A stretch of 64,000 nucleotides of DNA from an uncultured virus (IMG/VR IMGVR_UViG_3300042975_000104) (lineage: Duplodnaviria; Heunggongvirae; Uroviricota; Caudoviricetes), in IMG/VR virus record IMGVR_UViG_3300042975_000104. The stretch is one strand, 5' to 3'. This document shows, one piece after another, positions 57,848 through 64,000 of this stretch. The notes under the pieces are model-generated. The model saw only the letters and a program-made list of their open reading frames with translations, was not told the origin of the DNA and ran no database searches. Made by a program: the position numbers and the translations under genes. The stretch's first letter is position 1; each line of letters begins with the position of its first letter.

Positions 57848-59371
57848 TCACCCCCTGGATGTCTTGATGATAGTCGCCGGATAGTAGTCGCTCCCCATAT
57901 CGATGCTGCCTTCGTAATGGTGGAAACAGCCGTACACATTGGAGCTGTTCCCCCAGCAGCCGCCATTGCCGTCATAGACCACTACATGCCAGTTCGGGTC
58001 GGGTTTGCTGTAGCGGTTGTACATGATGATGTCGCCTTTCTCGAGCTGTGACGGGTCGTAAGGTATCGCCAATCCCTGCGCTTCGGCATCGGCCCGGAGC
58101 TGGTCGCAGCCTTTGACGTTGCTGTTATATTCCTGGGCGGCAAAAGGCGAATAACCAGCCGCGGCAATCGTCGCCCGGTCTACGCAGCCCTCAGAGCCAT
58201 AAGGCGACACAGTGCCATCAAAACTTTCCATACAGGAATCCACCACATCACCACCGGCAGCGTTACCACTTATTGATACCCCGCCATGACTTCCTGAAGA
58301 ATTTGTAGCAGGTGGCACATAATCCGGATTGGCGTTGTAGGATGCGCTGTCGAGTTCCTGTTTCTGCTCATCCAGCAGCTTATTAAAGACCAGGTTCAAA
58401 TCCATCGTGTGTTTGTTTCCCTCAATCCGATGGCTGTCCGACTTGATGAAGAACCGCCCTTTGAGCTGTTCTTCCTGGATGTCCACGGAAAATCCGGCGA
58501 TGCACTGGATATGGCCAAGGGCATGGACGGACATGTCATGGGCCACCGTTTTCAGCATAGCCCGTGCCTGTGAGGCGTCATCCTGCTTTGGGTCAGCCTT
58601 GCAGACAGCCTGGATGATACCGAATTTTTCTATGTCGACGTCATTCGGCATCTCCCCTTTCGTCTGGCCCGCGCTGTCCACGACCACCACCTTCGATACC
58701 ATGTCCTCGATGGACTCGGACACGGATGCCCCGGTAAGATTCGTTTCGTCACTGATGAGGAAGTTCTCTACCACCTGGTCATTGGTACAGACTACGTTCA
58801 GCTTCCCGTCCGTCATGTAGATGTGGTAGCCCTTGCCATCCTGTGCCGACTGGTAAGATAACGCCTGCTTGATGGCATCGGTCGCCGAGATGTCGTCGGC
58901 GATGAAATTGCACACCACGGAAAGATCCGGCATCGTCCCCGCCTCGATATGAAAGTCGTGGATAGTCTGCCGGATGGCATCGGCCACAGTCACATTAGCG
59001 TATTTCCGGGTAATACGGGATTTGGCCAGATAGATGATGCTGTCGAAAGCCACAAAGCGCATGGTATACGATTCGCTGTCCCGGCTCCGGGAAAAGATGC
59101 GCCCCTGGAAAATGGGAAACATCTCCTGCGCAGCATCATCGGTATAGGAGAAACACACCTCGTCCCCCAGTTCCAGGACGGCATTCGTCCAGTCCTTGTC
59201 CTTCGTGGTATAGGCCAAATCAAATTCCAACTTGCGGCCGGCCTGTTCCACATCTCCCGACCAGGTATAGGAAAGTACATAGGCAGACAAATCCGTGTTT
59301 TGGGACTTGTCTACCTGTTGGTTTGCGGTATCCGTTTTATTAATTTTTGCTAACTGGAACATTCTCATCAT
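57848..59371 (-). CDS. XkdQ-like baseplate hub with C-terminal NlpC/P60-like hydrolase
   Basis: WSGD..QAGRKLEF, SESIEDM; after a G/S linker GCVD...GDII...HVVVYDG. Confidence 0.82.
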   Translation of the reverse strand: MMRMFQLAKINKTDTANQQVDKSQNTDLSAYVLSYTWSGDVEQAGRKLEFDLAYTTKDKDWTNAVLELGDEVCFSYTDDAAQEMFPIFQGRIFSRSRDSESYTMRFVAFDSIIYLAKSRITRKYANVTVADAIRQTIHDFHIEAGTMPDLSVVCNFIADDISATDAIKQALSYQSAQDGKGYHIYMTDGKLNVVCTNDQVVENFLISDETNLTGASVSESIEDMVSKVVVVDSAGQTKGEMPNDVDIEKFGIIQAVCKADPKQDDASQARAMLKTVAHDMSVHALGHIQCIAGFSVDIQEEQLKGRFFIKSDSHRIEGNKHTMDLNLVFNKLLDEQKQELDSASYNANPDYVPPATNSSGSHGGVSISGNAAGGDVVDSCMESFDGTVSPYGSEGCVDRATIAAAGYSPFAAQEYNSNVKGCDQLRADAEAQGLAIPYDPSQLEKGDIIMYNRYSKPDPNWHVVVYDGNGGCWGNSSNVYGCFHHYEGSIDMGSDYYPATIIKTSRG

Positions 59372-60074
59372 TCCTTTTCAGATTCATCGTGGTCAGCCGG
59401 ATGATGTCACCCGTCTTCAGCCCGCCGTTTCGGATGATGCTGCGGTAGACCTGGAACTTGGAGAACTGCTCATTGTTGAGCGTGACCGATTTCCCGATAG
59501 CCCGGCCCACAACGTTGCCGATGCTGTCGCCCGGATAATAGGTGATATTCTTCTTCATCTTCTGCCAGAACGATTCCGGCCGTTTGGCAAGACCCGTAGT
59601 CTTGTCCGTCTTGGCAGACGCAGTGTCGGCTTCGACATAGCGGTATTCCATCAGCCCCAGTTCATAATACACATCCCCGCTTCCATCCTTCTCGCCAAAC
59701 TTGAAGGAGCTGATCAGGCAGGGCATGGAAAGCGGCGTATCTGATACAGTGAGCTGACAAACCTCGCCGCCAGTACGCATGGCTTCCAGTTCAGAAATAT
59801 AGGTATATGGGGATAACCCCATCATGGCAAAAGGATAATCCTGGGCCGGGAAAAAGCCGGCCAACGTTAAGGACTTCAGCCCGGTCTTGCCTTTCATGAG
59901 GTATTCCCCATAGTTGTTGATGTTCACCGTGCCATGGTTCGTATTAACGGAAACCATCAGCTCTGCCGGCAACACAGGAAAAGTCACGATGGAACTGCCT
60001 GCGGACAGGGAAATCGTCAGATTCTGTGACGCCTGCCCGATAGCATTTAAAATTGATTCTAAAAAGGATGCCAT
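59340..60074 (-). CDS. XkdP-like tail tube initiator
   Basis: FPVLP, FFPAQ.YPF, DGSGDVYY.L.L.EYR; degenerate LysM-like end. Confidence 0.82.
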   Translation of the reverse strand: MASFLESILNAIGQASQNLTISLSAGSSIVTFPVLPAELMVSVNTNHGTVNINNYGEYLMKGKTGLKSLTLAGFFPAQDYPFAMMGLSPYTYISELEAMRTGGEVCQLTVSDTPLSMPCLISSFKFGEKDGSGDVYYELGLMEYRYVEADTASAKTDKTTGLAKRPESFWQKMKKNITYYPGDSIGNVVGRAIGKSVTLNNEQFSKFQVYRSIIRNGGLKTGDIIRLTTMNLKRNDENVPVSKN

Positions 60075-62194
60075 CAGATAGTCGCCCCTTTCATGCGGTT
60101 CATGCCATACAGCCTGATTTTTTCTACCAGCTTATCGGCAATGGCATCGATGTCCTGCTGGCTACGGACGTTCATGGTATCGATGCGGATGGTGATGCCG
60201 CCATTTCCAGCCTGCAATGCCTGTTGGATGCTTTCATCATGCGGTACGACCGTACTGCCATTCGGCAGATGAACCAGCTCTCCCTGGCGGTTTTCATTGA
60301 TGACGGCAAAGCCGCCGCCAAAATTCTCGACCCCTCTGGCAAAGTGGCTGATGGGTTCAATATTGAATCCCACATGAGTCGGCGCCCCACCCGTAATAGA
60401 TGGAATATCTACAGACAGCCCGTTAAGGCTTCCAATCAATCCATTCACCTGGTCAATGACCCAGTTCACGCCACTCCGGAAGGTATCCTTAATGCTTTCC
60501 CAAATACTGGAAGCCGTTTCACCGATGCTGTTCATAGCCCCATCCCAAACCGAGGTGAGCCATTGCATCCCGGCATCCACCGCTTCCGACACAGCCTGGA
60601 CGGCCCCTTCGATGTACTGGGATACCGTGTCCCAGTTACTCCAGAGAAGATACAAGCCCGCGATGATGGCGGCAATGATAATCAGGATAGGATTAGCCAT
60701 CGCCGCCGCGCCGACTGCCCGGATAACGGTAATCATCAGACGGCCTGCCGAAAGGAAGGTGCTGCCCAGGCCTTTAGCGACCAGGCCGATGCCTTTCACC
60801 ACCGGGATGATACCTTTGAATTGTGCTGCCAGGTATTTTGATACGCTCCCGGCTTTGCTGATGCCTGTGGCGATGGAGTTGAATGTCCCGAAGGCCCGTC
60901 CGCCTATCGTCAGCACCCGGCCCAGAGTGGAACCGAACATCTGAAAGGCCACGATGCCGAAAGCTACCTGTCCAATCAGCGTCTTTTGCTCCGGTGTCAG
61001 CGACCGGAACCACGCTGCCAGCTCCTTCACCCGCAGGGACATGGCTTTAAAGTACGGCGTAAAAGAAACGGCCAAATCCATCCCGGCGTTCTTCAGCTGG
61101 TTCATGGCAATCTGCATCTGTTCGGAAGGCGTCAGCATTTTCTCATAGGCTTCCCGGGTCATGCCGGCAGACTGGGCCATCTGATCCATGACCTTATCGA
61201 AGTCCCCGGCGCCCTTACCCGTCAGAACCAGGATGCTGTTAAGACCTTCAACAGAGCCAAAGAGCTGTGCCATCTGTTCAGCATCCCCGCCAGTCGCCTG
61301 CTTCACTTCTTCAAGGAACTTCACCCAGCCCACGCTTTGCAGATGGGCGGCATTGAATTCCAGGCCAAGAGACTGCGCCATTTTTGCGGCTTCTGAGGAC
61401 GGTTTCAAAATGTTGCTGTAGGCCGCCTTGAGTCCTGTAATGGCCTCACTGGTCCGGATGCCGTTCTTGGTGAGGACGGCAATGGAACCGAACAGTTCCT
61501 GGGTGCTGACATTAAGCTGGGCGGCAATCGGGATGACATTGCCCATGGACTGGGCCATTTCGCCAAAGGATGTCTTGCCGAAATTCTGCGCCAAAAGCAT
61601 CTGGTCCGTCACTGCCGTAGCTTCCTCTGCCGATTTCCCATAGGCATTAAGGACAGTCGTGACGCCGTTGACGGCGGTCGTCGCATCCGTAAAACCAGCC
61701 TTTGCGGCGATGGTCATATCCCTGACGAAGCCAACAGCATGGCCGGCATCGACACCTGCTGAAATGGCCTGATAGACGGACTCCGAAAGGTCGGCTACGC
61801 CTGCTCCGGTTTCATCACTGATGCTTCTGATTTCCTCTTTGATTTTATCCATGGATACCACGGTCGTATCTACCAGGGTAGACACTTTGGCCAGGCCATT
61901 GGTGAAATCGCTATTCAGTTTAAAGCCCGCCGTGGCAACGGCTAAAATAGGCGCAGACAGCAGCGCGAACTTATCTGACAGGCCAGAAATTTTGCCACCC
62001 GTCTGTTCGATGCTTTTAGCCGTCCGTTTCTGTATCCGTTCATGTTCCGTCAGCTTGTCTGACAAGCCGCTAACCGATTGTTTCGCCGCGGCCATCTGGG
62101 CCTTCATGGTTCCCAGACTGGCATTGACGCTACGCACGGTCGGCGTGAATAAATCCCGCAGCCGAATAGCGGCATCGATGACGTTGTTAGCCAT
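60074..62194 (-). CDS. Tail tape measure protein
   Basis: TP901-like core (YQAISAG, GKTSFGEMA), hydrophobic segment, W-repeats. Confidence 0.93.
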   Translation of the reverse strand: MANNVIDAAIRLRDLFTPTVRSVNASLGTMKAQMAAAKQSVSGLSDKLTEHERIQKRTAKSIEQTGGKISGLSDKFALLSAPILAVATAGFKLNSDFTNGLAKVSTLVDTTVVSMDKIKEEIRSISDETGAGVADLSESVYQAISAGVDAGHAVGFVRDMTIAAKAGFTDATTAVNGVTTVLNAYGKSAEEATAVTDQMLLAQNFGKTSFGEMAQSMGNVIPIAAQLNVSTQELFGSIAVLTKNGIRTSEAITGLKAAYSNILKPSSEAAKMAQSLGLEFNAAHLQSVGWVKFLEEVKQATGGDAEQMAQLFGSVEGLNSILVLTGKGAGDFDKVMDQMAQSAGMTREAYEKMLTPSEQMQIAMNQLKNAGMDLAVSFTPYFKAMSLRVKELAAWFRSLTPEQKTLIGQVAFGIVAFQMFGSTLGRVLTIGGRAFGTFNSIATGISKAGSVSKYLAAQFKGIIPVVKGIGLVAKGLGSTFLSAGRLMITVIRAVGAAAMANPILIIIAAIIAGLYLLWSNWDTVSQYIEGAVQAVSEAVDAGMQWLTSVWDGAMNSIGETASSIWESIKDTFRSGVNWVIDQVNGLIGSLNGLSVDIPSITGGAPTHVGFNIEPISHFARGVENFGGGFAVINENRQGELVHLPNGSTVVPHDESIQQALQAGNGGITIRIDTMNVRSQQDIDAIADKLVEKIRLYGMNRMKGATI

Positions 62195-62344
62195 GCTGTC
62201 TCACCTTACTTTCCTTCAGCTTATTAAAATAGCAATATATATTATATTTATTGTGACAATCTATCGTATTTTATAAGAACGTTATATAATATAATAAATA
62301 ATTTTATTGGTACTATTTATTTGTAGAAAGGATTGTGATGTATT

Positions 62345-62779
62345 ATGAAATCTACATTGAAGAAGATAACCGCCGCCATTATTCTTTCATGTATTTGTTA
62401 TGTGCCTCTAAGTAGTCAGGCGTATTCATATCCAAAACATTTATATGGAAATGATCAAATTCAATTGGCATGGGGACATATGGGAACAGGTGCTTACATT
62501 GATAAAACATCTGTCGTAAATGAAATCTATGACCCGCCATACTATAAATTAGCGGCAAATGTGATTCATTATGATTGGGACACGAATAAAGAATATTCAG
62601 TAGAAACCAACTATTATGAATATAATACAAATACCGGTGCAATCTATATAACAAGCCCTAGAGGAACATGGGGTCCATATTATGATCGTCCCAGAACAAA
62701 TACTTCTAGTAATCAACGTTCTGTAGAAGAAGCAAAAATCGTATGGAAAACTGTATATGGAATGAATTGGAAATGGTGA
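62345..62779 (+). CDS. Secreted hypothetical protein (moron) inside the tail operon
   Basis: AT-rich, opposite strand, signal peptide ending SQA, own TATAAT and terminator. Confidence 0.8.
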   Translation: MKSTLKKITAAIILSCICYVPLSSQAYSYPKHLYGNDQIQLAWGHMGTGAYIDKTSVVNEIYDPPYYKLAANVIHYDWDTNKEYSVETNYYEYNTNTGAIYITSPRGTWGPYYDRPRTNTSSNQRSVEEAKIVWKTVYGMNWKW

Positions 62780-62808
62780 TACTAGCCCTACATATGAATT
62801 GATATGTT

Positions 62809-62848
62809 AATCCGCTCCTTAACTACAAAGGAGCGGATTTTTTATTTT
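62809..62848 (+). terminator. Intrinsic terminator of the moron
   Basis: AATCCGCTCCTT...AAGGAGCGGATT followed by T-run. Confidence 0.8.
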
Positions 62849-62990
62849 CTTCCATCTCATACCGCACAAAGGCATACAGCACCTGCCGTTCCCCATATCC
62901 GAGTTTCATGACCTCCGACGGCAGCAGGTGATGATTCCTAAAAAGGAAGTACATCGCCTGCACTTCGCCATTGGTCTGAATCAGTTTTTT
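62823..62990 (-). CDS. -1 frameshift extension of the tail assembly chaperone (gpGT-like)
   Basis: A AAA AAC heptamer at 62990-62984, then open frame LIQTNGEVQAMYFLF...LPSEV...ERQVLYAF...*. Confidence 0.75.
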   Translation of the reverse strand, partial: KKLIQTNGEVQAMYFLFRNHHLLPSEVMKLGYGERQVLYAFVRYEMEENKKSAPL

Positions 62991-63397
62991 ACGGCTTCAT
63001 CCGCTTTTTTCTGGGTAGTGTAGCCGTTGAGTTCAGTAATCTGTGCTGTAAGGTCAGCAATCTCACCCGCCAGAAACAGTTTACGGATAATATCTGCCGG
63101 CAGGGTTGCCCCGAATTTTTCCATCAACTCTTTGTTCTTGAAATCCGGGTCGGCAATCCCCGCCAAGAGCGTCTGGGTCTGCATCCGGTAGATATCCACG
63201 TCATCGGCATTGCCATTGGTGAAATCTACGGCCATCTTCTGGATGTCGGCATAGCGTTCCGGGTCGATAGCCCGGAGCGTGATAACGAAATCAAAGCCGA
63301 ACAGCTTGCTCAGCCGCTCCATCTTCACTTTTTTCGTGGGCCGTTCGGCCAGCTTGTTCACTACGTCTGCTTTCAGCAGCCTGTCTACCATATTCAT
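62981..63397 (-). CDS. Tail assembly chaperone (XkdN-like)
   Basis: PDFKNKEL...G, LFLAGEI...I.ELNGY, ends AVKN. Confidence 0.88.
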   Translation of the reverse strand: MNMVDRLLKADVVNKLAERPTKKVKMERLSKLFGFDFVITLRAIDPERYADIQKMAVDFTNGNADDVDIYRMQTQTLLAGIADPDFKNKELMEKFGATLPADIIRKLFLAGEIADLTAQITELNGYTTQKKADEAVKN

Positions 63398-63410
63398 AGT
63401 CGATTTCTCC

Positions 63411-63839
63411 TTATGCTAAATCCAGTAAATCCCAGTCCGAGAAGGTGAAGCTGTAACTTTCTTCGCCCATCTTATCTACTTCCCAATCCGCCAGAATCAG
63501 GCTGTCGAAGGTCGCGTCCTTGATGACGATACGTTCACTGCCGATAGCATCCTTATCATCCAGGACGGAAACGATAGTTACTACCGTCTGCTTGCCCGCT
63601 TTGATGTTATCGTTCATCTTTTTGATCATGTAACTCGACACTTTATGGAGCTTCAGTTCGCCCTTGCAGTCATACCCCGTGACCTTGTAGCCCTTGCCCA
63701 CATGGCGAAGCATCTTCACTTCTTCCTTGGTCAGCGTAACCTCGGCTTTAAAGGCTGTGGCTTCGGCCATCAGGTCACCGTCGATATAGAGGTCGGCGTA
63801 CTTGCCGTTCATGACCCGTTTGGCTTCCATGCTGTTCAT
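63411..63839 (-). CDS. Tail tube protein (XkdM-like)
   Basis: VMNGKY, G.LKLHKVSS, LDD.DA.GSERI, FTFSD. Confidence 0.92.
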   Translation of the reverse strand: MNSMEAKRVMNGKYADLYIDGDLMAEATAFKAEVTLTKEEVKMLRHVGKGYKVTGYDCKGELKLHKVSSYMIKKMNDNIKAGKQTVVTIVSVLDDKDAIGSERIVIKDATFDSLILADWEVDKMGEESYSFTFSDWDLLDLA

Positions 63840-63852
63840 ACTGCCTCACCTC

Positions 63853-64000
63853 CTAGATATGAATAGTTACCGTCACGTCTTCCATGGCATCCAGGAGCGA
63901 CGCTTTGACGGCGATGAACACATTGCTTCCGATATTGGCCAGCTTGATGTCCATTTCGGACATGTCAGCCAGTTCCGCTTTGGTATATTTGCCGTTGGAT
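63853..64000 (-). CDS. Tail sheath protein C-terminus (XkdK-like), partial
   Basis: ANIGSNVFI...LDAMEDVTVTIHI* directly upstream of the tube gene. Confidence 0.85.
   Translation of the reverse strand, partial: SNGKYTKAELADMSEMDIKLANIGSNVFIAVKASLLDAMEDVTVTIHI

Larger units (their letters stand above)
37170..64000 (-). mobile_element. Integrative prophage element 2 (defence cargo, recombinases, lysis, contractile tail); continues beyond window
   Basis: Second recombinase module plus PBSX-like tail genes; left boundary lies somewhere between 37.1 and 42.5 kb. Confidence 0.7.

Noticed and set aside
60053..62276. Several long plus-strand ORFs opposite the tape measure gene
   Set aside because: Antisense shadows expected from GC-rich codon bias
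53447..64000. Stand-alone tailocin
   Set aside because: The module is cut by the window edge and linked to integrases; absence of head genes cannot be judged

Overview
Two related Firmicutes-type integrative prophage elements lie in tandem, both mainly on the minus strand. Each ends in a near-identical ~3.9 kb module of two large serine recombinases plus two small genes (1-3860 and 42526-46380). Element 1 (1 to ~37.2 kb) has an ArsR/thioredoxin/permease cassette, holin, a complete HK97-type head and packaging module with no tail genes, an amidase, a DNA methylase and a replication block (SNF2, VRR-NUC, primase-helicase, family A DNA polymerase, SSB, DUF2800, sigma-like factor). It ends in a divergent type I restriction-modification operon plus an ImmA/IrrE protease. 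Element 2 (~37.2 kb to beyond the window) has defence cargo (GmrSD-like, AIPR, a type II RM pair with an AlkA glycosylase), lysis genes and a PBSX-like contractile tail module. The standout observation is a 309-aa intein in motif B of the DNA polymerase whose homing endonuclease is not in the intein frame: it is encoded as a fully overlapping ORF in the +1 frame. Other notable features are cargo cassettes bracketed by duplicated 3' ends of core genes, a four-copy bipartite promoter-like motif, a perfect 54-bp palindrome and a candidate att junction. Many single-base indels in short base runs look like assembly errors. All family assignments come from motif recognition by eye; no database searches were run.
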